64,000 bases of DNA from Dipteris shenzhenensis (Eukaryota), in NCBI GenBank assembly GCA_047967505.1, contig CM106538.1, one strand, 5' to 3'. Shown here one piece after another: positions 1 through 12,290 of the stretch; the stretch's first letter is position 1, and the number at the start of each line of letters is the position of its first letter. The position numbers and the translations under genes are program-made. The notes below the pieces were generated by a model, which ran no database searches, was not told the DNA's origin, and was given only the letters and a program-made list of their open reading frames with translations.

Positions 1-455
1 CCAATCATTGTCACAGAACCCGCCTAGTTCGATGCCTTTGGTGTAGGTGATCCCGTAGGTGCAAGTACCCTTTAGATACCTCAACACCCATAAACCTACA
101 TCCCAATGACTCTTCCTAGGAGAAGCAGAGAACTGGCATAATAGCCCAACTGCATAACAAATATCAGGTCGAGTATTGGTAAGGTAAAGCAAGCTTCCTA
201 CCAATCGTCAGTACAAAGGAGTATCGACTGGCTGAGAAGTGTCGTGAGCACTCGACCTCCATGGGAGTTACTGTTGTCCTGCAATCCTCCATCTGAAATC
301 TCTTCAGAAGTTCTCTGCAATATTTGTCCTGTGAAATGAAGATCCCATCTTTGGCCTGCTTTACTTCTATCCCAAGGAAGTAGTGTAATAACCCAAGGTC
401 AGTCATCTCAAAGTCTGATGCCAATCGGATTGCGTTCTCCAAGGAGTCAGACGCT
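1..455 (-). pseudogene. Ty1/Copia reverse transcriptase C-terminal fragment (degenerate)
   Basis: ORF 164-442 reads MTDLGLLHYFLGIEVKQ...ISQDKY. After a frameshift it continues as LLYLTNTRPDICYAVG...VLRYLKGT. These are classic Copia RT motifs. Truncated at ~455. Confidence 0.9.
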
Positions 456-582
456 TGTCAGACTGCTACTTTAATCAAATATGGCTTTTTTGTATGCTCT
501 AGCTCTCCTATGCTACTCCAGTCAGACTGCTACTTTAATCAAATATGGCTTTTTTGTATGCTCTAGCTCTCCTATGATGACA
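456..582 (-). repeat. Putative very short LTR (TGTCA...TGACA) with internal 56-bp direct duplication
   Basis: TGTCA at 456-460 and TGACA at 578-582. 457-512 is repeated at 521-576. It abuts the broken Copia RT and is preceded on the minus strand by purine-rich AAACAAGGGG. Confidence 0.45.
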
Positions 583-955
583 TTATAATTAACCCCTTGT
601 TTGCCAAGATAAAATAAAATTACCTAATTAGATAGTTTGCTACTTTGTAGTTGGTTTGAGTGTCCTATCGGGCGGGCTGTCGCTTGATGTCGGAGCTGTT
701 TTGTCAGGGTAGAGGAGAGATGTCTGCTTTTGTAGTAATCTTTGTTGCTGCTGCTTTGCATAGTGCTCTTTAGTTACGACTCTTGATTTCTTCCATCAGT
801 CGATGTGAAAATATTTCTGATATTGCATTATTTTCTTCATTCGCCACTACAAATAGTTTTTCTTTGATTTTCTATAGATTGAACAATTGTAATTGCTTGA
901 ATCCTTGTAAGTGACTTTCTTCTACCTGTCCTTGTATATGTGATATACATATAGT

Positions 956-3900
956 TTATACTTTTGAGATGCTTGGTATTGTGGTAACCTGAAATATTGA
1001 AACAGAGTGAAAATATTCTATTGTATATGCAGAATCATGCAGAGAAATTGTATTTATTTTTGTCTCTGTTGTATGATATGCAATGTATGGTTTCAATCTG
1101 AAGCCATTTACTGGTTTGTCAAATGCATTACCATGGAGATTTGAGAGAAGAAATGTCCCTTGTTCATATGCCTCAATTACACTTAATGGACCATCATATT
1201 TGAGTTTGAATTTTCCTGGCATTTTTCTTAGTTTGGTGTTGAACATCAACACTAAATCTCCCTTTTTGAAAAGCTTAAGCTTTATGTTTCTATTTATCCA
1301 TGCTGCTCTTCTTCTTTGAATAATGTTAACTATGTGAGAGCTTGTCAATCTATCCTCATCCAATTGTAAAAGCTACTCCAATCTTGCATTAATGGAGTAT
1401 TCTGGGGAAAGTTTGTTGTCAATTGCTACTCTGAGACTTCCTGCAATAAATTCCATGGGTACTACTGCCTCACATCCATACACTAGTCTGAAAGGTGTCA
1501 ATCCTATGGCTACCTTGTGAGCTCTTGTTAATGCCCAAAGTACTGAGTCTAAATGCTGATCCCAATCCTCTGGATGATCAGCAATTGTTCTTTCATAAAC
1601 CCTTTTCATTAACTTGTTTGTACTCTCAGCCAAACCATTGGCTTGTGGGTAATATGCTGTAGAATTTTTGTGCAACATCATGTGCATTTTTGTCATCGTT
1701 CTGATTGTTTTGTTTATGAAATGGGTCCCTCTATCAGACACAATCTCAATTAAAACACCAAAACTAGTAACAATATTATGGTAGAGAAAATGTGCAACTA
1801 TTCTTGCTTTACATGTTTTGAGTGCAATAGCCTCTACCCATTTTGTGCAATAATCAATACCACCAAGTATATATTGATTACCTGAATATTTTGTTGGAGG
1901 CTTGATTGGTCCAATAAAGTCCAATCCCCACTTTTGAAATGGACCCAATGGAAGGATGGGTTGGTGTGGCATCCTATCACTATCCATTTGTCTATCATCT
2001 CTTTGGCAAGGTAGCCATGATTTTGCATAATTGTGGGCTTCATGTGCTTCTGTTAATACAGCTTTTTGCTCATGGTCCTAGACACATCTCTTGATGACGT
2101 GATCAATGCCCCTTCTATACAACACTCCAGCAATGATAAGAAAAAGTCTGCTTTGCAACACTAACTTCTTTCTTTGATCTTGATTCATTGTTTCTGGGAT
2201 TAGTCCATCAGTGAGGAAAAATAACATTTTGTCATACTAGTTTGGCTGCTCATCAATTCTTACCATGAACAAATTTGCATCGGGAAGCTCATCTAGTATA
2301 CCTGTTGGAGGCTCTCCTGACTACAACCGGGGGAAATCTTTTGGCGAGCTTTTTAATGTGAGCTTTTTTACCATTTCCTTTGTTTTTGCGAGCTTTTTTT
2401 AGAAATCCATACATATTTTTGTTATAAGAAAGATGGGGAGGTTAGAAAGAGGGAAAGAGAATATAGGATATGTTCATTTTCATAGCATGTGGGAGGGGTG
2501 GAAGAGTGTATACTATGCACAAGGGGGGGGAGGATATGAGTGGCAGTAGGAGGCAAAAAATTATGGAAGATATGTCCATATTCAAAGTAGAAGGGAGGAA
2601 CTATGGGAGATATGTACATTTTAAAAGTGTACAATTTGAAACTTTTGACCTCATATTTGGATTCCTCGTCGAATTCCGGTCATTTTGAGTACCAACATGA
2701 CCATATTCTGATAAAAATGGAAAAATTCCATTTTTATCAGAATATGGTCATGTTGGTACTCAAAATGACCGGAATTCGACATTTTTCCATTTTTATCACA
2801 ATATGGTCATGTTGGTACTCAAAATGACCGAAATTCGACGAGGAATCCAAATATGAGGTCAAATCTGTCAAATTATACACTTTGAAAATAAACAAATTTC
2901 CCACATGCTCTCCCTTCCCCTTTACATTTAGTAGATGAACATAACTTTCACATTCCTCATTCTCTCTCTCCTCCTTGCACTCCTCTTTGCATACCTTATA
3001 AGTTCCCCCTCTACGTTCTCCACTATGATAATGAATATATGTTCCAACTCCCCTCCCCTCCCTTCTCCATGCCACCTTACCCATGCGCCCGTCCCTCCCC
3101 CTTTCCTTTATCTCCCCTCCCCCCCTCTCTCCTCTTAACTGCAACCACAACCCAAACTTTCAACCCACCCCACTCCATGACCCCCCCCCTCTCTCTCTCT
3201 CACGTGAATGAAAAGCTCGCAATATTCATGAAAATTGAAAAAAAGCTCATGACAAAAAGCTCACCAAAAAATCACACCCACTACAACCTACTCAAATAAT
3301 CTATGATTGCATGCTGTTTCCTTGGTCTACGGACAATTGTGTAGTCAAACTCTTGCAACAATAGCATCCATGTTGCTAATCTTCCTGTTAGATGCTGTTT
3401 GACCAAGTAAATTAAAGCCTGGTGGTCAACATGAAAATGTACTTTGTTAGCCAAAGATAATGTCTCAATTTATTCAAGCATACACCATACCAAGCGCTTC
3501 TCTTTCTATTGTTACATAGTTCTTTTCATGCTTTGTCAGGATTCTACTTGCATAATATATAGGTCTGAACCATTTAGGTGATTGTTTTTGCATGAGGACT
3601 ACTCCCACTGCTGAATCTGATGCATCCACAAAGACTTCAAAAGGAAGAGACCAATCAGGAGGCTGTAATATAGGTGCAACCATTAGTATCTTCTTTAGAA
3701 TGTTGAAAGCTTATTCTTGAGGAGTGTCCAAGATGAATGGTTCAGTATCCCTTGTGAGTTTAGTGAGAGGATAATAGATATCATCAAGATATCTCAAAAA
3801 TCTGTAGTTCCCTTTTATTTAGCCAATGAATCTCTATAGTTGCTTGACAGTTTTTGGAGCTTTAGCATTCTGGATTACTGAGACCTTGTTAGGGTCAATC

Positions 3901-4800
3901 TCCATGCCTTCTTGTGACATAATATGTCCCAGTAGAATCCCTCTATTAATAGCAAAAGCACATTTTGCTGGGTTTAAGCTCAGACCAGCAAATCTACATT
4001 TAGCAAAGCATAATGACAAGTGATGCAAATGATCCATCCTTTTTCCAATTACTAAGAAGTCATCCAGAAATACCTTCATGAATGAGGTTAGGTACTTTGC
4101 AAATACCTCTTGTATATATTTTTGGAAAGTGGGTGGTGCATTTTTCAATCCAAAGGTCACATTGGATGCAAATACACCCCATTTTGTTACAAATGCAGTT
4201 TAAATATCTCTGTCTTCTGGAGCCATTCTGATCTGGTTATACCCACTAGAACCATCTAAAAAACTATAAATCTCATGTCCAGCCATAGCATCAGGCAATG
4301 AATCACAAAATGGAAGAGGGAATGGATCAGTGATGGTTGTTGCATTCAACTTTTTGTAATCAACACATATTCTCAGTTTTCCATTTTTCTTTGGAACAAT
4401 AACAATTGGAGATAGCCATGTCACATGTGTTAGGGGATATATGAAACCAACCCTCAGCAACTTGTCAATTTCCTCCTTTACCAACTTGGCATAATTTGGA
4501 TTCATTCTATATCTCCCTTGAATGATTGGTACTACATCAATTTTTAGATTTATTCTATGTTGACAGAATGATGAATCTACCCCCTTCATATTAGTGTAAT
4601 GCCATGCTAAAATGTCCTTGTACTGGCCTAATAACTCTCTAAGAGCCACTTTGAATGGTGGGGGGAGATTTGTACTTACCATGATTGTTTGTGGGTTGTC
4701 ATTGTCTCCCAAATTCATTTCTTCCAAGTCATTTTGTCTTACCCTGGCACTCCTTTGCATTTTCTCTTCAAACTAAATTTCTGCTTCTTGAATTGCTTGT
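956..4800 (-). mobile_element. Gypsy element A: degenerate pol (RT - RNase H - integrase)
   Basis: RT: WLSPIVIVPKKNGKLRICVDYKKLN, FGLKNAPPTFQ, VFLDDF. RNase H: VFVDASDSAVG, EREALGMVYA. Integrase: KWGLDFIGP, IVSDRGTHF, YYPQANGLAE and a GP-type C-terminal module. Many stops and frameshifts; interrupted at 2329-3279. Confidence 0.95.
2329..3279. mobile_element. Non-autonomous MULE-like/foldback TIR element with 9-bp TSD
   Basis: TSD ACTACAACC at 2320-2328 and 3280-3288. Imperfect TIRs GGGGGAAATCTTTTGGCGAGCTTTTT / AAAAAGCTCACCAAAAAATCACACCC. Removing the element and one TSD restores pol (DYLSRL*SGEPPTGILDELPDA). Confidence 0.85.
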
Positions 4801-4861
4801 TTTGGTGATGTAGAAGCAAGAGATCTTTTTGCATCATTGTTGTCTACATTTATATCCTTTT

Positions 4862-5032
4862 TTGTCATCTATTGTTGGTCTTCTTTCCGCCAGTAATCCA
4901 ATTGTTGTTGTCTTGATTTGTTGCCATCTGTTGTTGGTCTTCTTTTTGCCAGTAATCCCGCTATTGTTGTCTTGATTTGTTGTCGTCTATTGTTGGTCTT
5001 CTTTCTGCCAGTAATCCGACTATTGTTGTCTG
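4862..5032. repeat. Tandem repeat, ~59 bp x 3
   Basis: TTGYCRTCTRTTGTTGGTCTTCTTT..GCCAGTAATCC..TGTTGTCT recurs at ~4862, 4921 and 4980. Confidence 0.9.
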
Positions 5033-5364
5033 AGGAATTTTGTATTGATGCAGTCTAGCTTGATTGGTTATAGCTTGCCTTTCTGGTCATTTGCACCTGG
5101 CTATTCGATGTGAGTAAATTGTACGCAACTTTTGTAGTAGTGCAAACTATGTAGATTTGATATGTGAACTATGAATGATCATTCACTGCTCTAGCCTTGC
5201 TATCGTATTGGGTTGGGCTATGGTTTTGTATGAGTGGCATACTCACATACAAAGATTATCTAGTACAATTGTTTCTACTTTGACTTGCTTTTATTTTTGT
5301 GGAGTTGTTGCTTTGTTATCTCTGCTATTTGTTATCAGCGCGAACCAAAGATTTGGGGAATGAA

Positions 5365-5381
5365 CGATGTGAGGATCGCCA
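5365..5381 (-). other. Putative primer-binding site TGGCGATCCTCACATCG
   Basis: TGG-initiated motif 4 nt inside the LTR end on the minus strand. The cognate tRNA was not identified. Confidence 0.55.
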
Positions 5382-5385
5382 AATG

Positions 5386-5848
5386 TGTTCAGAGTGCATT
5401 CAATAAATGAAAACACAGATCACACGTCAACTCAAATGCAACAAGTGCAAGGAGTCGGACAAGAGACTGACAGGAGTCGGCGGATTGCATGTAAACTGAA
5501 CTAAACAATGAAAGAACATCAGAGAACTCATGAATTTGCAAAACGGATATATATTGTATTATGCTTCAGCAAAGATTAACAACAACTCAACCTCAAAAGG
5601 GGTTGCTATAGGACTTTTATAGCTGTCCAGATTCATTTTTATTGTTATAAGTTTGCAATTAGTTATATCTTTTAGTAACAGCCCTTGTTACAAAACATCA
5701 TACTATTGCATTAGCCCACTACTTATCAGTTATAGAAAGTGGTATCCACTACATACTTAGTAACTACCTTGTGCCATGGGACTGACTTATCCTAACCTAT
5801 GCTGACCTTGGGTTATTGGCCACGTAGGTGGAGACTGAGTCTTCAACA
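5386..5848 (-). repeat. 5' LTR (TGTTGA...TGAACA) upstream of element A
   Basis: Terminal TG..CA with a short inverted repeat, an internal CTATAAAAG TATA-like motif (~5613-5621) and an adjacent PBS-like motif. Confidence 0.65.
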
Positions 5849-5849
5849 A

Positions 5850-6438
5850 ACAATTAGTGAGGAGAACTCAAAACATTACCACGACAGTGACAAATGGCTT
5901 CTTCATCACAGCTTGGGCGTGGCTCAGCCATACTCATCATGTCTGAAAAGAAATCGCGACTAGTTGTCCAAGAATGTGTCAAATCAAGTGTAGTTGTTTT
6001 TTCTACAAGGCTCAATGCTAACACTCTTTGGTACGCTTGCATGTGTTTCTTGTTGTTGTTTTGGCCTTGCAGAGGAAGTAGATCACACATTCGCTTGATA
6101 GGGGGTCGTGGGAATCGGAAGCGGCAGTCTTTTTGTCTCATTTTTGTAGGTCTTTTGGTGTTTATGTGTTTGAAAGTCTCGCATGTGAAGTGGGAGTTCT
6201 TTGTTGTCTGTTATGATGTGCTGGTCCATGAAATGTTATATCGCCTCATTGCCGCTAACGCCGTAGATGGTTGCTTCTTCTAACCATAGCAAAAGCCTTG
6301 GTCATGCTGACTTCCCCTATTTTGAAATTTAGTGATGAAGAAGTAGTCCTTTAACATGCCTAGAATGGAATTGTCCTGGCAAAGCAAAGTCTCCAATGCC
6401 CAAAATTTGTGTGCGTAGTATTGCACAATCATCGTTGC
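5850..6438 (-). pseudogene. Helitron-like Rep (HUH) domain, C-terminal part
   Basis: Across frameshifts the minus strand reads MIVQYYAHKF...KDYFFITKFQNRGSQHDQG(LLW)...QTHKHQKT...CRFRFPRPP. This matches Rep motif 2 (EFQxRGxxHxHxLxW) and the downstream H-x-H/CRFxFP motifs. Confidence 0.8.
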
Positions 6439-7870
6439 CAACGTTAAACATGTTGGTGAATGTACCTCTTAGCTTGGATGCTACAGAAGGAGTAGGAGAG
6501 TTGGGAGAGGCCACACTACTGAAGGGGACTTCGAAGCCCTTGGACCCACGGGGTCTCCTCATCCAAGCTCTCCATCTCATCGAAGAACTAACTTCAGGCA
6601 CGGGCTCTTTGGTCGAAATTCTTCCAGATCACCAGTGTATGTATAAGACCTCTAACAGGGCACACTCAAACTTTAATTCTATATTTTTTTTCTAGACTAC
6701 CCCACACGACAGGTGTAGGGATAGGGTGATGGACACAGTCATAGAAGGGATAGCTTAATGCACCGGTTGGTAGGATACAAGTATGGTGATGGGTGTGGGA
6801 ATAGCTTAAGGCACCAATCGGCAGGATGGGTAGTGCCATGTGTTAGTGGGATGGGACGTAGGTGGTATCCCCATGGTCGTAGGGATGAGCTAAGACTATG
6901 CATAGAGGGATAACAAGGTCAGTGGGATAATGGTATGGCCATGGGTGCACGGATAAGATGATGGTGACGGTCGTGGGGATGAGCTTAACACGCCAATCGG
7001 CGGGATATCTTGATCGATGGGATACGAATATGGCAACGAGCTTGGGGATAACTAAAGGTGACGGTCGGTGGGATACGAGTATGGCAATGGTCATGGGAGT
7101 AGGACGATGGCGATGATCGTGCGAGTAGTGCTAAGGCCACGAGTCAATGACTGTTAGTCCGACAGGATCGCTAATTATGACACGCATTAATTAGGGCAGC
7201 GGGTTGGACTGTGGTCAGAAGTTAGGTCATGGGGATAGGCGCTATGGCCATGGGTCAACAGAGTTTGACCGATGGGATAGGGCTATCGCAACGGTCGACG
7301 GGATAACGCTAAGCCATCGACCCATGGGGATAGGAATGCGCTATGTTGACTGATTTTTGATGATTTTTGATAGATTTGGAGTTTCTCTTCATGGTTTTTT
7401 GTGCTAGGGGGATGCTATACTACCTAGTCTACCTACTCAATGCAGAAAACATGAAAGAAAAACAACATTTGAGTGCAAAAATGAGAGATTTCTTGAGGGG
7501 TGACTGCCAACACATAAAACAACTTTGATTTTCAGCTTGATTCTTCATTCTTGGTTGTTTTTTGTGAGATTTGACAACATACACATAGCAATATGAGAAA
7601 CTATGTTACTATCATTTCAAAACACTAACAAACCTCAAAAAGAAGCTTCCTAAACTCAAAAATGCTCTTCAACATAAAATAATAGTTTTCTGTCTCTTTT
7701 CCATTGAACTCACACTTCCTTCCTCATACCTCCCCTACAACTCCACTAACAAAGCTCCAAGTTAAGCTTGAAGCCATGTGCAATGGGTAGATTATGAAAG
7801 AAAGCAAATGCAATGCAAAAGCATATCTTGAACTCCCCAACAATGGTGCCAAAAGTGTGTAGTCTTGACA
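6439..7870 (-). mobile_element. Inverted 5' part of Gypsy element B (LTR end, PBS, leader, gag N-terminus)
   Basis: PBS at 7834-7851, leader repeats at ~6700-7330, and gag N-terminus SPNSPTPSVASKLRGTFTNMF, homologous to 36669-36983. Confidence 0.8.
7834..7851 (-). other. Athila-type (tRNA-Asp-like) primer-binding site TGGCACCATTGTTGGGGA
   Basis: Matches the Athila PBS TGGCGCCGTTGCCGGGGA except for four C>T/G>A transitions. Lies just inside an ...ACACA LTR end. Confidence 0.75.
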
Positions 7871-7899
7871 ATGACTCATGTGTCATGGGGATCTTGAAG

Positions 7900-8995
7900 G
7901 AATGCTGATGAAGCCTCCACTCCAAGCTACTCCTTGTGAGAGCAATGCAAGCATGAGCCATCCACTTGTGTCACGCAAGCGGCTTCCTGTGCAGATCTGT
8001 GAGTTGACGTACGAAGGCCATTTCGAGTTGCACGGTAGTGTTGTCAACGTATTTGCGGATGTGGACTATGCTCAGACGATCTTGCCGTGCTTTATCAAGA
8101 CAATGCAATGGTGGTTGTTGCAATCAAGAGGCACCTACATTACAGTCTTAACTATCTCAGTGGGTTGGTTCGTCCCAACCCTCACAATGCGCGTGCTCCT
8201 GGAATTGTTAAGAAGCACACTTTACAAGGAGAACAACATCGCTATTAACACTATGTGGAAATAACACATCGACAATTTGCAAGCGCCTGATGAAATAAGC
8301 CAAGGCCAGCCAATGTGGCAACAAATAAAGACTCAGCAGATGATTGCGAAGCAACAGACATGTTTGTGCACAGCATATACAGAGCCCAGTAAGTGATAGA
8401 CTACAAAGACGAGTTGCCCCATTTGAAGGATTCTCCCCACTCAGCCTTTTTTACGATAGGGATTGTGAGGAACTTGGGTTCCCCACACTATTTTATGGTG
8501 ATTGCAGAATGTACAGTACATTTGTTGATCGAACATACCAAGACATTGTCAAGTGGGAGCTACGAAGCGAAGATCGCCAATTTGCTCTCTCTTTTGAGAA
8601 CTTGTTTTTTAAGATGATGAAGGTCCTTGTCCAGCAAGTTCTTTCAGCTTGTTGGGTACATATGTGGAAAGAGCAACTACAACAAGGGTTTGATTTGTGA
8701 GCAGAATTGGTCTTTCATGATACCAACATTGAGCAGGTCCTAAAATTTCAAATAGGTTACAAAGACTTTGTCTAGTTGCGCACATCTATAGACTACAAAC
8801 ACAAGCTAAAATGCAACATTTTTGCAATGCTATGGCAACTTGGGTCCCCCACCTTCTTTGTTATATTTTTTGTTGTGGTAGAATGGAGGTGGGCATCGTT
8901 GGTTTCATGTTCGAGACAGCTCTAGCAAATAAGCCACAAAATACAACCACCAACAACACGATGCAAGAGCTCCAAGAGATCATTAGGTCTGATCC
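7900..8995 (+). pseudogene. Helitron-like Rep/helicase protein, N-terminal part
   Basis: LHGSVVNVFADV; EELGFPTLFYG...VKWELRSEDRQFA...NLFFK; AMLWQLGSPTFFVIF; IIRSDP. These are Helitron_like_N/DUF6570-type motifs, broken by stops and frameshifts. Confidence 0.8.
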
Positions 8996-11939
8996 GCAGA
9001 CATGGAGAACCCCTTCGCCAACATGTCTGGGGGAAGGGAAGGTCAGCAACAACCAGCTCTTGAAATGCACACAGGGACTGAAACCAACTTTGTGGACCCG
9101 GGGATCACATCTTTTGCAAGGAACTAGGGAACGCCTAGATGATGAAGATCCATGGATGAGGGACTTTCGGGGACAAGACCCTAACCGGGAGGATGCAAGA
9201 GGCTCCCAAGGAGGGGCATATTATGAACTCCCAACATTCTTGGTGCCACCAACCTTCGCCAACTATGACCACAAGCTCCACCCTATCAGCCAATGCAAGG
9301 AACCTCCATGCCAATGCCCCATGACCCACCCCCTCTAGGAGTCCAACCATTTCCACTCACATCTGTTGCTCCAATGAATGTAGGCCTTGGTGCATCCACC
9401 ACAATGCCGGTACTAGCAACTTAATGGATTCCACCACCATCCAGGCTTAAGGCCAGCCCTATGTCCCGTTATGCCCACAGTGGCGCCGCCTCCAAATGGT
9501 GAGGATCATGAATTCCTCAAGGAGCCAACCCATAGCCATCTCCAAGTTGATGACCAAATTCCTTGGGGAAGGAGACCCGATCTCCCACGTGGGGCGATTT
9601 GAGAAAAAATGTGAAGCCTTTGGAGCTCTCAGAGATCTAGAAATGGCTAATGCGTTTGGTCTCAGTCTAGATGGCAAAGTAAGCCAATGGTATAGGGCTC
9701 TCACCTCGAAAGAAAAAGTCAATTGGGAGACAGAGAAATTGTAGTGTTCACCCCTAGTGGACATAAATGGAGCCCGATTAATCAGTTATATGAGGTGAAG
9801 CAGAATGACAAGGGATCCCTTCAGGATGACATATCTAGAATCAAGCACATCAATTCCCATTGCAAACCATACGAGCGGATGAGCGACAAATGATTGTTGC
9901 CCCACTTCCTCATCAGGTAAGCAAACCCAAAGCTGCATGACCACCTGATGGTTATGAATCCTACCTCCTTCAAACTATGTAGCAGGTGGCTATCTGTATA
10001 AGTGATAATATGATGGACAAGGCTAGCTCGGATAAAACCTTGACCCCATCAGAAGTATCACCATCGGTCAGGTCTTCCAGTGTGGAGACGACCAAGAAGG
10101 AGATCAACGAGCCCAAGGACTTAGATATGAGTGAGCTAGCCTCAAATTTTTTAAATCAACTTGGCCAATAGTGGAGGTCCAGTACCTCCAAGGAGGCGCC
10201 AAGCAACCCCCACTTGTTTCCACGGAGAGATAATGTCTGGTGCGGGATCTGTAATGGTGGCAACCATCCCTCCAATGAGTGTCCCCGCTACCTTAGGGCA
10301 AGGCCAACCCTGTACTGTGCACACTATCATAGATGGAGGAACCACGATACCTCCCAATGCCGATTTGCAAGGTCCCTTCCCCAACCTATGAATCAAGCGA
10401 GACCCCCATTAGCCCTAATGGCTCCGCCTAATCCTATAAATGCATAAGGTGCCCCTTTGGCTAGTTCAGGCCAGTACAGAGCACAACAAGCTCCGTTACC
10501 ATCGCCCATACTGGGTCCTCAACCTCCCCTACCCCGTATAGCTCATGTCAATCAAGTATTGGTAGAGGAAGTGCCCAATGATAGGGAGAAGATGGATCCA
10601 GACCATGGACCCCTCGACTACTACCCCTACAAGGAAGGAAGTGGCACCCTAAGTCACTACCTCCTGCAAGAGGATCAGCAAGTCCCCATGTTCTAGACTA
10701 CTCCCTTAAATGCAAGGGCCAGAGACATAAATTCTATTGCTTGAAGGCCCCTAATCCAATGCTATACTTGCTAGGGCCCACACAGGGCAAGTGAGTGTCC
10801 CTACAAAGGTACTTTGAACCCTCCGATGTCATGCTTCAAGTGTTAGGGACCACATTTCTTAAAGGAATGCCCCTATAGGGATCTTACCCTAGCTGCTTCT
10901 CCCACGACAGGCCCTACACCCTTGCATGTGGGATACGAAATTGAGCATTTGTTCAAAGACTATCCCTTGAGAAGACCAGCAACCCCAGTCACCTCACCTA
11001 AGAGCACCAGCCTTAACTTTCTAAGTATCAAACAAGGCCAGGTGGCTGCGGTACCCTTAAAGGTCATCACAAGGATGCAAGCCAAAGCCATGGGTAGGGA
11101 AATGAGAAGGAAGGATAGAGGGCCCCTACTACAAGGCTCTGAAGTTTCTCAACATCAGCAAACTTGGTCCAAGAAAGCCATACGAGTAGGTGATGGGCCC
11201 AACAAGCTGCTCATTCAAGATGGTTCTGATGAGGAGACAGCCACCCTCTCCACCTCCTCTACCTCAGGACGTGCTTCCATCTAGGGTACCCAAAAGTACC
11301 TCCAAGCTCGGATGTACACAAGCTAGTGCAGGTGCAAGTCCTTGCACCCCCACCCAAATATAAGGAAACCTATCCGGACCCAGTCCTAGAGAAACAATAT
11401 GTAGTAGAGGCTCAAAACTTGGTACAGCAGTGCTAGGAAAAGTTTGAGCATAGACTCAAGGCAAGCAGAGGGTCAGATACCATCCACCCAGCCCACCTGA
11501 CTAACCATCGAGGAGAAAAGGTGCTCAAGGTGATGGAAAGGGTAGAAGAAGAGGAACGTTTCAGCTTTGATAAGTCAAAGGCTCCAGATTTGATGCAGTG
11601 AATGTTCCAAGAGGACCCAGTATTGCAAAATCTATAGGAAGAAGGAGACCTTTATGGTCTTGAGGACTAGCTATCAGTGGGAAGCAAGTCCTCACAAGAA
11701 CCCCACGATAGTGCTGGGTTTGCTGCCTTCCTCTCAACCAAGGTAAAAATGCCGATCGCCTCTCTGTTGAGAGGGAATCCCATCCTTTGGCGAGACCTAT
11801 CCAACTAGATGAATGGACAATTCCTTCCCCTAGGCCCTACTAGCCCTAAGGCCAACCAACTGCCAGAGGAGGGGCAAAGCTTACCTAAGGTTCCCATGAT
11901 CAATAAGCTAGGCCAATACTTCGAAGGTGATGACACAAA

Positions 11940-12290
11940 CGTGGCTATCCCCATAACCTATCAGCACCAAAAGGTTGATGCCATCTTGGATGGGGGAGTG
12001 GGAGTGAGTGTCTGTACCAAGGAATGCTAGGTAAAGTGGGGAAAACCTGTGCTCGAGCAAACCCATCTAGTGGTGAAGTTGGCTGATGGCGAAACTATAG
12101 AATCCTTGGGATTCCTCACTCATAATAACATCAAAGTATTTGGATTCACGTACCCCATCAGGTTCATAGTCATGGACTTCACCCAACAGCCAGGATATGA
12201 AGCCATCCTAGGCAGACCCTTCTTACAAATGTCTGAGCTCTCACACATGACTGGCGTACTGATAACATCTATCTATGGCACAAGGAACAA
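11940..12290 (+). pseudogene. Canonical aspartic protease (DGG-type) of element B
   Basis: VAIPITYQHQKVDAILDGGVGVSV...VKLADGETIESLG...YEAILGRPFL. Confidence 0.85.
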
